Shown here in pieces: positions 23,245-35,862 of a stretch of DNA of 64,000 nucleotides. The notes under the pieces are model-generated. The model searched no databases. It saw only the letters and a program-made list of their open reading frames with translations, and was not told where the DNA came from. Within the stretch, counting starts at the first letter, position 1, and each line of letters starts with the position of its first letter. Source of the stretch: Octopus vulgaris (lineage: Eukaryota). The stretch covers positions 33,790,001 to 33,854,000 of the forward strand of contig OX597839.1 of the NCBI GenBank assembly GCA_951406725.2, read 5' to 3'. Both the position numbers and the translations under genes were made by a program.

Positions 23245-24186
23245 TTAAATTGTGGCTCGAAGTATCACCTTTTTCTTCAAAGTGTTATAACTACTTGAAA
23301 TCTGACCAGATTCCTTGGGAATTTGAGCATGTATTTTAGGGGATAGTGAGTTGACGTCACACTTTTCTTTGTTCTTTTCATAAACACTGATTAAACTTTC
23401 GATGAAAACAGAACCACTTTCCTCAGTTCGGAAAGCCAAGTGTTCGGGAACAGTGGCAAAAGCAACATACAGATCTGCAACGTTGAAATATTCATTTTTC
23501 TTATCAGAACTAACTTGACAAGTGTTTATATAAATGAGTTTTGGTTTGTCTTTCAGCTCAGGAGTCTTTAGAATGGTATTAATAGTGGAATAAGATAATT
23601 CCTTACCATCTTTTCCAATAATATTCCCTATGGCCCCATGGGACATCAAGAACAAGACGAAACAATCTTCATTGGCTGTAGTTTTCTTAGCTTCTATTTC
23701 AATTATATATTCCATTTCCTTTGCCGTTCTATCTTTATAAGTTAGAACATCAAAACTGAACTCCTCGAAAAGTTTTTTAATACCCACCACATCCTTTTCG
23801 CTTCCGATCCTTTCTTTGTAATTCTTCCCATCGTCAAACTCTATATTATTTATTATTACAACACGCCCGTGTGGCTTAAACTTCATCGGGTAGACTTCTG
23901 GATCGTCTAATAACTCAAGTATTTGATCATGATTTGACTTTTTCAAGGCCGACACAAATTTCTCGGACCCATCCGGTAGCTTCCTTAATATATAATCATG
24001 CAACTGCCGTGCTTGATCGTAAACATTTTGCAGGGCTCCTATTCCCTGTTTATGTCCATCGGCCAATAAACCATTTGCCAAAGCTTCGTCGAGAAAGGAA
24101 TCGATATCGTCCATGGATTTTACAAATTTAACTCGGATTTTTACAAATTGTGCTTTAGAAATATGATGCATTCGTTCGGCGCTCAT
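23245..24186 (-). CDS. Divergent CARD-caspase type D, 313 aa, short inter-subunit linker
   Basis: CARD, YPMKFKPHGRVVIINN, RIGSEKD, FLMSHG, KPKLIYINTCQ (Cys223), DLYVAFATVPEHLAFRT. Uninterrupted ORF. Confidence 0.93.
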   Translation of the reverse strand: MSAERMHHISKAQFVKIRVKFVKSMDDIDSFLDEALANGLLADGHKQGIGALQNVYDQARQLHDYILRKLPDGSEKFVSALKKSNHDQILELLDDPEVYPMKFKPHGRVVIINNIEFDDGKNYKERIGSEKDVVGIKKLFEEFSFDVLTYKDRTAKEMEYIIEIEAKKTTANEDCFVLFLMSHGAIGNIIGKDGKELSYSTINTILKTPELKDKPKLIYINTCQVSSDKKNEYFNVADLYVAFATVPEHLAFRTEESGSVFIESLISVYEKNKEKCDVNSLSPKIHAQIPKESGQISSSYNTLKKKVILRATI

Positions 24187-24471
24187 GTTTGTATAGAATT
24201 ATAAATATCAAAACAATTTAAATAAGTTCAAAAAGAGTCACAAATTATACTTAAAAGTTTGGGTCCGCCCTCTTCGCTTCCTGGTTCCCGCAACATTGAC
24301 GGTGTACGACGCTTAAAGTAACCTGTTTTAGTTTTGTTCCGGGTCATGATGAAATAATGCTGGTTATTTACAAATATATATACTTTATAATTATCTGAGA
24401 TCGTGTGCTGGAACGAAAACAATTTCAGTGTGGAAGGTGTTTATAAGCCATTTAAGAAACACACAAAAGCC

Positions 24472-24622
24472 GTTCGATTCACTTCAACATTTAAGTTTAA
24501 TTTGTCAAAATATTTTCGTCGCTAAAATCCGCGACCTCGGACTTTTGTCAGTGAACAGGTCGCGGATTTTAGCGACGAAAATATTTTGACAAATTAAACT
24601 TAAATGTTGAAGTGAATCGAAC
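24472..24622. repeat. Perfect 66-bp inverted repeat with 19-nt loop (Penelope-like fold-back end)
   Basis: Arms 24472-24537 and 24557-24622 are exact reverse complements. Confidence 0.9.
24544..24593 (+). ncRNA. Minimal hammerhead-ribozyme motif, G3:C8 variant
   Basis: tttgtca-GTGAACA-g-gtcgc(ggatttta)gcgac-GAAA-atat-TT-tgacaaa. Confidence 0.55.
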
Positions 24623-24789
24623 TACTTTATAATTAAAAATAATTAACCAGCGATTTTTGGGATACTACTTGAGAACAGTGTCCCCGGAGCGCGCACTTGC
24701 GTATCCGCGCTAGCTAGTCGTGACTAGTCGATCCTTACTTTGTATTTTTGTGCTTTATTTACTTTATTTACTTTATGTAAAAAAAATTT

Positions 24790-25232
24790 GAATCTTTTCG
24801 GTTTGAACGGCAGTTTTTTCTAGCGGTGTCATATGAAATTGTCCCCCGTAATTATGACCCTAGTATCGATCTATTGCATTTCAATCTGTTTTATGGTTAG
24901 GGTTACAGTTAGGGTTAGGGATAGGGGTGGGAGGAAGGGTGTCTTTTTTTCTTCAGAAATGTAAATAAACCCAATCTGTTTCTTAAACGAGGGACATATT
25001 CATACGGCACAGAATTTTTTTTTTTTACCTCAATAGACGGTCATTGATTGGTTGAAATTGCAGAAATTGAAGAAAAAAAAAACAACAAATATCTTACAAA
25101 CTATAGAATTCTCTCAATAAAGCCAAGAGAAAAAGATGTTTTATAAACACATTCTACCAGTATACGAAGTTTAAAAGTGTTTAGTTACGTGGAAATTATT
25201 TTTAAAAACTGCCGTTCAAACCGAAAAGATCC
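24790..25232. mobile_element. MITE with ~27-bp terminal inverted repeats and internal TTAGGG-like repeats
   Basis: atcttttcggtttgaacggcagttttt (24792-24818) is mirrored at 25204-25230. Confidence 0.8.
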
Positions 25233-25534
25233 GTATATTCTGATTGTATTGAAATTTGTCCTGGAAAAAATTTTTTATGTGTAGGAAGAAAAGTTTTGGA
25301 AAATTCACACAAGTTGACTTTATTTCTTAATGACTTTCAGAAAAAGGTGTATTTTTTAACAAAAGTTTCTACAAATTCTTTTCAGAATGTGTAAATTACA
25401 ATTATATCAGATTTTGTTGTGAAAAACACAAAAAAAAAATACTGAGCTCACACACACACACACACACATACTGGCATACATCACAATTTTTCGAAATTTC
25501 ATTTTGTAGATAGATATGATGTCTTGCTATGTAA

Positions 25535-25877
25535 AAGGTAAAGACCCCCTTCGGTCATGAAGGACCATGGGATTGCACCTAGAAAGTTACCCTCCGAGGC
25601 ACAAGTTCGGGCGAGGTTGTTTATGGAAGACCAGCAGTCGCCCATGCATACCAGCCTCCCCTCTCCACGCCACCAGTGTTATCCAAGGGAAAGACAAAGG
25701 TCGATACATCTTGGCACCTGTGACGTCACAACTCATTTCTACAGCTGAGTGAACTGGAGCAACGTGAAATAAAGTGCCTTGCTCAAGAACACAACACGCA
25801 GCCCGGTCCGGGATTCGAGCTCACAACCTCACGATCGTAAGCTCGACGCTCTAACCACTGAGCCATGCGCCTTCACA
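25535..25877 (-). mobile_element. tRNA-derived SINE, family 3
   Basis: A box TGGCTCAGTGG and B-box-like gagctcgaatccc, followed by a ttcttgagcaaggcactt core. Related heads at ~34450-34772(-), 13826-14060(+) and 46840-47065(-). Confidence 0.8.
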
Positions 25878-26860
25878 CGTATGTGTAAGAACTTACCAAA
25901 TTTATTTCCTCACCTCACATTCCAAAACAATTCTAACCTACACACTCTGAAAGGTATTTAAAAAAAATTTCATTAAAAATTACCCATTCTCTTGAAAGTT
26001 ATGTGCAAAGAAAGCTCTCTGGTGCGAATTTTCCGAAACTTCCCACTCAACCCTCGGAAAAATTCTTTCACCTCATATTCTAATATAATGAAATTCTACA
26101 CCATCTGAAGCATATTTGTAGAAAATTTCATTCCAAAATATCCATTTTTCTGGAAGTTATGAGGCAACAAATTCGAGGCAGAAGGCACAAATATGGAGAT
26201 AACTTTGCCTTGTTTTACTTTCAGAGTCAACAGTATAAGTAATTGACTTATCCTCTCCCAGGAATTGCTGACCTTGTACCAAAATTTGAAACAATATGGG
26301 GAAAGGATTGTTATCAGAGAATGGGAGGCAGTGTGAGATGGTTTGGTGTTAAAAGGGTGGAACGGTTATAACCATTTAGGTTTCTGTCTGTCATTTCTAT
26401 CTGGCCCCCGTGCCGGTGGCATGTAAAAAGCACCCACTACACTCTCAGAGTGGTTGGCGTTAGGAAGGGCATCCAGCTGTAGAAACTCTGTCAGATCATA
26501 TTGGCGCGTGATGCAGCCATCTGGCTCGCCAGCCCTCAGTCAAATATCGTCCAACCCATGCTAGCATGGAAAGCGGACGTTAAACGACGATGATGATGAT
26601 TTATTGAGAAACAATTCCCGTAAATGAAGCTACAATTGGACGGCTGTAAATAGATAATTAGATCGTCAAGGCAACAGGGGAGGGACATGTTGGGAACTGG
26701 ACTTAACCAGTAATTAGTGGTCAAAGATTGGTCATTGTTTACTAATCCAATCAAACATCATTAAATGCTAACAACCTGTATTTTAAGTTTACCTGTATTT
26801 AGTAATTAACATTCTCCATCTAAAACAATGCCTCCCTTTGTTTTGTTTTTTTTGCTACAG

Positions 26861-26957
26861 AAAATCATCAAAAGAAGAAAAAAAGGGGCCAGTGCTTGAA
26901 TTTGAGCAGCTCATAGCAACCAACCCTGACAGTAAGGTGTTCTGGAAATATATGGAT
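26861..26957 (+). pseudogene. Orphan exon-like fragment resembling the start of the Rrp5/PDCD11 HAT region
   Basis: Strong acceptor ttttgttttttttgctacag, then KSSKEEKKGPVLEFEQLIATNPDSKVFWKYM. Cut by an RTE tail. Confidence 0.35.
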
Positions 26958-26960
26958 TCA

Positions 26961-27420
26961 ATACCAGTGCCGGTGGTACATAAGAGAACCATCCGAACGT
27001 GGCCGTTGCCAGCGCCGCTCCGACTGGCCTCGGGCCGGTGGCATGTAAAAAGCACCATCCGATTGTGGCCGTTTGCCAGCCTCGCCTGGCCCCTGTGCTG
27101 GTGGCACGTAAAAAGCACCATCCGATTGTGGCCGTTTGCCAGCCTCGCCTGGCCCCTGTGCTGGTGGCACATAAAAAGCACCATCCAATCGTGGCCGTTT
27201 GCCAGCCTCCTCTGGCTCCTGTGCCGGTGGCACGTAAAAAGCACCCACTACACTCACGGAGTGGTTGGCGTTAGGAAGGGCATCCAGCTGTAGAAACCTT
27301 GCTAGATCAGACTGGGCCTGGTGCAGCCTTCTGGCTTCCCAGACCCCAGTTGAACCGTCCCACCCATGCTAGCATGGAAAGCGGACGCTAAACGATGATG
27401 ATGATGATGATGATGATGAT
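26961..27420 (+). mobile_element. RTE-LINE 3' UTR fragment with internal ~62-bp repeats and (GAT)n tail
   Basis: Matches the tail of 17880-19440. More copies at about 26405-26600, 32460-33130(-), 34050-34413, 52125-52480, 58465-58657(-), 63150-63757. Confidence 0.8.
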
Positions 27421-27543
27421 GTAAGCAGTGACGTCACTCTCCAGTTGGTCCCTTTTCGCAATCCCCACACAAGTCAGATTCCTGATGCTCTGTGGCTGGA
27501 AGAAATCTGAAGAAGTTATCTCCCCTGCATTGCACCCCAGACA

Positions 27544-29190
27544 TCTCTCTCTCTTTCTCTCCCTCTCGTCCCCCCTCTCTGCCTTCTCTCTCTCTCTCCT
27601 ATTTCTTCTCTATCTCTTTCTCTCCCTCTCTGCCCTCCTTTCTCTCTCTCCTATTTTCTCTCTCTCTCTCTTTCTTTCCCTCTCTGCCCTCCTTTGTCTC
27701 TCTCTCTCTCCTATTTTCTCTCTCTATCTCTTTCTCTCCCTCTCGCCCCCCTCTCTCTCCTATTTTCTCTCTATCTCTTTCTCTCCCTCTCGTCCCCCCT
27801 CTCTGCCCTCCTTTGTCTCTCTCTCTCTCCCCAATTTTCATTCCATCACTTTCTCTACCTCTCATCTCTGTCACTCTTTTTCTCTAGAAGCCTCTTATCT
27901 TTCTCTCCTTCTCTCTCTCTCTCCCTCTTTATTTCCGTATTCTCCTCTCTCTCTCTCTCTCTGCCCCTCTCCTTAACCTTCCCCTCTATCTTTCTAACTA
28001 CCCCTCCCTCTCTCTAATTCTCTTTCTCTTTCCTACACTTGCTTCTTCTCTCTCACTTTCACCCACCCTCTCTCTTCTTTTCTCTCTCTTTCTCTCACAC
28101 ACATACACACTCTTCTTCTTTCCCTCTCTCTCACACACACACACCCACACTCTCTCTCTCTCTCTTTCACACACACATACACACTCTTCTTCTTTCCCTC
28201 TCTCTCTCACACACACACACATACACCCTCTCTCTCACTCTCTTCTTCTTTCTCTCTCTCTCTCTCTTTCACACACACATACACACTCTTCTTCTTTCCC
28301 TCTCTCTCACACACACACACACACCCTCTCTCTCTCTCTCTCTCTCTCTCTTTCACACACACATACACACTCTTCTTCTTTCCCTCTCTCTCTCACACAC
28401 ACACACATACACCCTCTCTCTCACTCTCTTCTTTCTCTCTCTCTCTCTCTCTCTCCCACACACACACACATTTCTCTGTCTATTCTGATCTTCATAATCT
28501 TACTGTTCTCTTCTTCCTCAGCCGTCACCCCCACCCCCACCACGTCTCTCTCTCTCTCATTCTCACTCTCTCTATAGTTCTTGCTCTTTCTGTACCATTT
28601 CTCCCTCTCTCTCAACCTTTCCCTCTCTCTCTCTCTCTCCCTCTACAATTTTCTCTCCATTATATTCAAGTATTGTCAAGAGAGAAAAAGAAAAAAAACC
28701 TTTCACTTCAGTCGTAGTTGCTCATGCGCACGCACACGCACACACACTCACACACACATACACACACACTCACACAGACATACACACACACTCACACACA
28801 CGCACACACACTCACACACATACACACACACTCACACACACTGACTCAAACACACACACATACACACACGCACGCACACACTGACTCAAACACACACATA
28901 CACACACACACACACTGACTCAAACACACACTGATTCAAACACACACATACACACACACGCACACACTGACTCAAACACACACTCACACACACATACACA
29001 CACACTGACTCAAACACACACACATACACACACTCTGACTCAAACACACTCACACACACACATACACACACACGCACACACTGACTCAAACACACACTCA
29101 CACACACACACACATACACACATACACACACGCACACACTGACTCAAACACACTCACACACACACACTCACACTCACGCGCATGCACGCA
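27544..29190. repeat. Compound (CT)n/(CA)n low-complexity tract
   Basis: Directly visible. Confidence 0.9.
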
Positions 29191-29279
29191 TATACACCTG
29201 CGTGAGAGCGGAGAGAAAGGACAGAAGCTTCGGTAGAGCTGTTACCATAGTTACAGGCAGATTGATGACAACAACAATT

Positions 29280-30170
29280 ATGATGATGATGATGATGTTG
29301 AGGAGGAGGAGGAGGAGGACAACGACGACGACGACAGTGATGATGATGATGATGATGACAATGACAATGATGATGATAATGCTGCTGCTGATGATGGTGA
29401 TTGGAATGATGGTGATGATGATGAAGAGGAGGAGGAGGACAACACCGACAGCAATGACAGTGGTGATGGTGATGATGAAGAAGGTGGTGGTGATGATGAT
29501 GGTGATGATGGTGATGTTGGTGATGGTGGTGATGATGATGATGAAGAAGGTGATGGTGATGAGGGTGATGATGATGATGAGGGTGATGATGATGGTGATG
29601 AGGGTGATGGTGATGAAGAGGGTGATGATGATGATGATGGTGATGATGAAGAAGGTGGTGGTGATGATGATGGTGATGATGGTGATGTTGGTGATGGTGG
29701 TGATGATGATGATGAAGAAGGTGATGGTGATGAGGGTGATGATGATGATGAGGGTGATGATGATGATGATGGTGATGATGAAGAAGGTAGTGGTGATGAT
29801 GATGGTGATGATGGTGATGTTGGTGATGGTGGTGATGATGATGATGAAGAAGGTGATGGTGATGAGGGTGATGATGATGAGGGTGATGATGATGATGATG
29901 GTGATGAGGGTGATGGTGATGAAGAGGGTGATGATGATGATGAGGGTGATGATGAAGAAGGTGATGGTGATGAGGGTGATGAAGAGGGTGATGGTGATGA
30001 GGGTGATGATGATGAGGAGGAGGAAGAGGACAACACTGACAGCAACGACAGTGGTGATGATGATGATGAGGGTGATGATGATGAGGAGGAGGATGATGAT
30101 GGTGATGATGATGAGGATGATGGTGATGATGGTGATAATGATGGTAGTGATGATGATGATGAAGTTGACA
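29280..30170. repeat. Compound (GAT/GGT/GAG)n trinucleotide tract
   Basis: Directly visible, with internal larger-unit repetition. Confidence 0.9.
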
Positions 30171-31239
30171 ATGGTGTCTCTGATCTCTCTCGGAAGTGAT
30201 GACAGCAGCTGTAATTACAGACTGGAAACTCTCCCCCTCTCTCCCACCCCCGCCACCTTTTGTTAAAAGACATGATTCTGCTTTCAATCAAGGTGGGGGG
30301 GGGGGTTAGTTTGTCCCCCAAGCATGGCAGCCTTAAATTTGCAAACAAACACACAAACAAACAAACAAATAAAAATCTTTTTTTTGATTCTTTGATTCTT
30401 TGACTTGTTTCAGTTATCAGACTTTGGCCATGCTGGAGCACCGCCTTGGATAATGGTTTTCAGTCTTTCGTTGGAGCCTGGTACTTATTTAATTCTATCG
30501 GGTCCCTTCTCGCCAACCTGCTAAGTTACAGGGATGCAAACACACCAACACCGGTTGTCAAACAATAGTGAGGGATGAACGCAAGCACAAAGACACGCAC
30601 ATACATGCACACACACACACACAAACACACATGCACACACACACACATGCAGACACTCATACACACATATGCACACACACACACACAAACACACATGCAC
30701 ACACACACACACATGCAGACACTCATACACACATATGCACACACACACACACAAACACACATGCACACACACACACACATGCAGACACTCATACACACAT
30801 ATGCACACACACACACACAAACACACATGCACACACACACACATGCAGACACTCATACACACATATGCACACACACACACACAAACACACATGCACACAC
30901 ACACACATGCAGACACTCATACACACATATGCACACACACACACACACACATGTACACACACATATATACGATGGGCTTCTTTCAGTTTCCGCCTACCAA
31001 ATCCACTCATAAGGCTTTGGTCAGCCTGAAGCTATAGTAGAAGACACTTGCCCAAGGTACCACGCAGTGGGATTGAACCCAGAACCACGTGGTTGGGAAG
31101 CAAGCTTCTTACCCCATAAATGTATTTAAGAATTTTGCAGACAAATTCTTTCAATTCACAAAGCAAGGATGTCATTTGTTTTGTTTTGTTTTTGGGGTTT
31201 TTTTTATCATTTTTATCCCTAATACATAATCGTGGACAG

Positions 31240-31900
31240 CATCATCATCATCATCATCACCATCATAATCCATCCTGGTCATTGTCATCATCACCATCCT
31301 CTTCCTCCTCTTCATCTCCATCATCATCATCATCACCCTCATCGTCCTCCTCCTCATCATCATCACCATCACCATCATCATCATCATCAGTGTCATCATT
31401 CTCCTCCTCCTCATCATCATCATTGTCATCAGGGTCATTGTTAACATCCTCCTCCTCCCGTTCTATTCTGCTTCCTCCTCTACCTTCTGCTCCTGCTACT
31501 CAACACTGTCATCATCATCATCACCACTACTATCACCATCATCATCATCATCATCACCATCATAATCCATCCTGGTCATTGTCATCATCACCATCCTCTT
31601 CCTCCTCTTCATCTCCATCATCATCATCATCACTCTCATCGTCCTCCTCCTCATCATCATCATCATCACCATCACCATCATCATCATCAGTGTCATCATT
31701 CTCCTCCTCCTCATCATCATCATTGTCATCAGGGTCATGTTTAACATCCTCCTCCTCCCGTTCTATTCTGCTTCCTCCTCTACCTTCTGCTCCTGCTACT
31801 CAACACTGTCATCATCATCATCACCACTACTATCACCATCATCATCATCATCACCATCATCACCGTCGTCGTCATCATCACCATCATCATCATCATCATC

Positions 31901-31931
<31 letters not shown>

Positions 31932-32065
31932 CCACCATCATCACCATCATCATCATCATCTCTGTTGTCGTCATCATCATCACCATCACCACCATCATCA
32001 TCATCATCATCCTCCTCCTCATGTCATCATCCTCATTGTCATTCTCCTCCGCATCGCCATCATCT
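31240..32065. repeat. (CAT/CCT)n tract containing a ~300-bp tandem duplication
   Basis: cataatccatcctggtcattg occurs at ~31264 and 31561. Confidence 0.9.
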
Positions 32066-33145
32066 TACGCGCTGACCATCTTAATTCAAATCAAGTCCAA
32101 ACCAAACTAACATCCAGGAATCGTTGATAGTCCTTCGTCTATTAATACTGGATGGACTAGCTCCCTATCCATGGGTAGATGAACTCGCTAAGAGATTTAA
32201 AGAGTAGGAATTGCTCAATAAACTTCCAGTTGGATTGTAACAGGAAAATCATTTAAGGACTCCTTTTTCTTTTCTCTGTTGCTTATTTAGTCCCCTTTTA
32301 TTAGTTCTTTTATAAATGAAGGTCCACAGGTCCAAACGTATCATCACCATGACCACCATCATCATCATCATCATTTATTATCTGTTTTCCATGCTGGCAT
32401 GGGTTGGACAGTTTGGCAGTAGCTAGCTGGGCAGAAAACTGCACCAAGGTTCACAGTATTCATCATCATCATCATCGTTTAACGTCCGCTTTCCATGCTA
32501 GCATGGGTTGGACGGTTCAACTGGGGTCTGGCAAGCCCGAAGGCTGCACCAGGCCAGTCAGATCTGGCAGTGTTTCTACAGCTGGATGCCCTTCCTAACG
32601 CCAACCACTCCGAGAGTGTAGTGGGTGATTTTATGTGCCACCGACACAGGTGACAGACGAGGCTGGCAGACGGCCACGCTCGGATGGTGTTTTTTATGTG
32701 CCACCGACACAGGTGCCAGACGAGGCTGGTGAACGGCCACGATCGGATGGTGTTTGTTACGTGCCCACAGCACGGAGGCCAGTCGATGCGGTACTGGCTA
32801 CGGCCACGTTCGGATGGTTTTCTTATGTGCCACCGGCACTGGTAACACAAGGATACAAATTCCATTGATGTTCATCTATTTTGATTTGGTTTGATTTGAT
32901 TTGATTTTCACTTGCCTCAACAGGTCTTTACAAGTGTCACAAGAAGGAAGGTATGCACAGGTGGACTGACTACGTCCCAGGTAGGGGCCACGGGTTATGG
33001 CTTCACTAGTCTTGCCGGGTCTTCTCACGCACAGCATACTTCCATAGGTCTCGGTCTCTAGTCATTTCCATGGTGAGACCTAACGTTCGAAGGTCGTGCT
33101 TCACCACCTCGTCCCAGGTTTTCCTGGGTCTACCTCTGGGTCTAC

Positions 33146-33193
<48 letters not shown>

Positions 33194-33501
33194 CACACTG
33201 CTGCTGCTGCCACGGCCACAGCTTAACTGCTACAACCCCAACCACCACCAAGGTTGCTAGGACAGCCACAGGTTACTACTACTACTACTACGACCAACAA
33301 TCACTACTGTTGCTACCATTGGAACACAGGGAAACAAAAATGCGGTTCCTTTTGATACCAGCAAGAAACAATAATGAACCTCTTCACTACACTCAACAGG
33401 AATATAGCGATTATACCAACTACCGACAAAACACCACCACATGGATTCCATTGAGACCAGTAAGAGACGATTATGAACTTTTCTATTGCACTCTTTATAA
33501 T

Positions 33502-33546
33502 ATTTTTGATAAGGTTCGTTTTTTCAAGAACCGAAACATGTAAAAT
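33502..33546 (+). ncRNA. Minimal hammerhead-ribozyme motif, U3:A8 variant
   Basis: attt-TTGATAA-ggttc(gttttttcaa)gaacc-GAAA-catg-TA-aaat, with palindromic ACATGT helix III. Confidence 0.55.
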
Positions 33547-33617
33547 TCATAAGAAAATTAAAAATTTATCTAATATAGTGGCGTTTTCTAAACTTCTTTT
33601 TTACTAATATTTATTAT

Positions 33618-33672
<55 letters not shown>

Positions 33673-35344
33673 GCTTGTTTACCAACCTCCTGGTTCCGGG
33701 TTCAGTCCCACTGCATGGCACTTTGGGCAAGTGTCTTCTACTATAGCCTCGGGCCGACCAAAGCCTTGTGAGTGGATTTGGTAGACAGAAACTGAAAGAA
33801 GCCCGTCGTATATATGTATATATATATATACATGTATATGTATGTGTGTGTTTATGTCCCCGTTACTTAGCAGTTCGGCAAAAGAGACCGATAGAATAAG
33901 TACTGGGCTTACAAAGAATAAGTCCCGGGGTCGAGTTGCTCGATTAAAGGTGGTGCTCCAGCATGGCCGCAGTCAAATGACTGAAACAAGTAAAAGAGTA
34001 AAAGTATATATATATGTAATATATATATATATGTATATATATATACGTAACAAACACCATCCGATCGTGACCGTTCGCCAGCCTCATCAGGCACCTGTGT
34101 CGGTGGCACATAAAAACACCATCCGCACGTGGCCGTCTGCCAGCCTCGTCTGGCACCTGTGTCGGTGGCACAAAAAAAACACCATCCGAGCATGGCCGTC
34201 CGCCAGCCTCGTCTGGCACCTGTGTCGGTGGCACATAAAATCACCCACTACACTCTCGGAGTGGTTGGCGTTAGGAAGGGCATCCAGCTGTAGAAACACT
34301 GCCAGATCTGACTGGCCTGGTGCAGCCTTTGGGCTCTCCAGACCCCAGTTGAACCGTCCAACCCATGCTAGCATGGAAAGCGGACGTTAAATGATGATGA
34401 TGATGATGATGATATATCTATATATATATATATATATATATATATAGCACTCCGTCGGTTATGATGACAAGGGTCCCAGCAGATACAATCAACAGTGGAG
34501 CCTGCTCGTAAAATTAATGTGCAAGTGGCTGAGTACTCCACAGACACGTGTACCCTTAACGTAGTTCTCAGGGAGATTTAGCGTGATACAGAGTGTGACA
34601 AGGCTGGCCCCTTTCAATTACAGGTACAATTCGATTTTGCCAGCTGAGCGGACTGGTGCAATAAAGTGAAATAAAGTGTCTTGCTCAAGGACACAACACG
34701 TCGACGGGAATTGAACTCACGACTTTACGATCATAAGCCGAATGCCCCTAACCACTAAGCCAAATGTCTTCACAAGCACACACACACATATATAGGCATA
34801 GGAGTGGGTTCGAATCTCAGACCAGGCGATGTGTGTGTTTATGAGCGAAACACCTAAACTCCAGGGACCCCCAGCAGAAGGTAATGGCGAACTTCTGCTG
34901 ACTCTTTCCTCCTGCATCTTGCAGCTCACCTGCGACGGGACCGGCGTCCCATCCAGGTGGGGAACCTATATGCCAAGGAAACCGGGAAACCGGCCCTTAT
35001 GGGCCAGGCGTAGCTTGAGAAAGGACAGACAACAAAAATATAGGTACAAAGACAGAATACTTGAAGAGAGGAGAGTACGCAATACTATTAACCCTAATAT
35101 ATGACTGGTACTTTATTTTATTGACCCTAGAAGGATGAAAGGCAAGCTTGAGCCTCAGCAGGTTTTGAACTCAGAATGTAAATAGCAAAAAACTATGATT
35201 GTTGCTGACTTAGTCATAGGGCCTACAATTTTAAGGGGAGGGGAATGTCCATTACATTGACCTCAGTACATGACTAGGTACTTATTTTATCGACCCTGGT
35301 TGTCAAGCAGTGGAGTGGGGGGAAAAAAAGACACGTACATACAT

Positions 35345-35730
35345 ACATGTTCAGGTTTATACCTGTAATTATCTGGACCCTGAGATATGTAACACACTGC
35401 CTAAATACCAATCTTGAGAAATTAGGCTTCACAAAACCAGAAAGGAGAAAGCTAATTCAAAGATTACAGATCCAATCCATCACTGGAACTGTAAAAATCT
35501 GTAAAACTTTCCAGAAGTTTATTATTAAAATATATATGAGCATGTCTAGATATGCAACTATATGCATGAGAGTACATACATAAAACATACAAATCTACAC
35601 ATATACATACATACAAACAAAAATACCCTGTTGTTGATGTTGAAATTCCAATGAAGGGACCTTGGATTTAGGTTAGAAACCAGCTATTTCTCTATTGGCA
35701 AGAAATCTTGAAATAAACTGAATAACGACA
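35345..35730 (+). mobile_element. 3' end of a non-LTR element with a restriction-like endonuclease domain
   Basis: FIPVII..L..V...L...LEKLGF......LIQRLQIQSITGTVKICKTF matches the typical RLE C-terminus. Confidence 0.6.
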
Positions 35731-35862
35731 TACACACATACATACATGCAAAGGAACATGGTATCAGGGACTATAAAAACTCCGCAAGACCGTAGGGTTT
35801 AAGGGATGATATTTACTTTCCCAAACGTGCTAAGTCGGTGACCATTCAAAATTTGTTCTAAA

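Noticed and set aside
24895-24930. Interstitial telomere or chromosome-fusion scar
   Set aside because: Only a few degenerate TTAGGG units, internal to a TIR-bounded MITE.
25795-25877. tRNA gene
   Set aside because: A/B boxes are present but continue into a SINE body found elsewhere in the window; acceptor stem not convincing.
29154-32127. Long His-, Ser- or Met-rich ORFs (335-387 aa)
   Set aside because: Trinucleotide repeat tracts that stay open in several frames on both strands; no domain or splice support.
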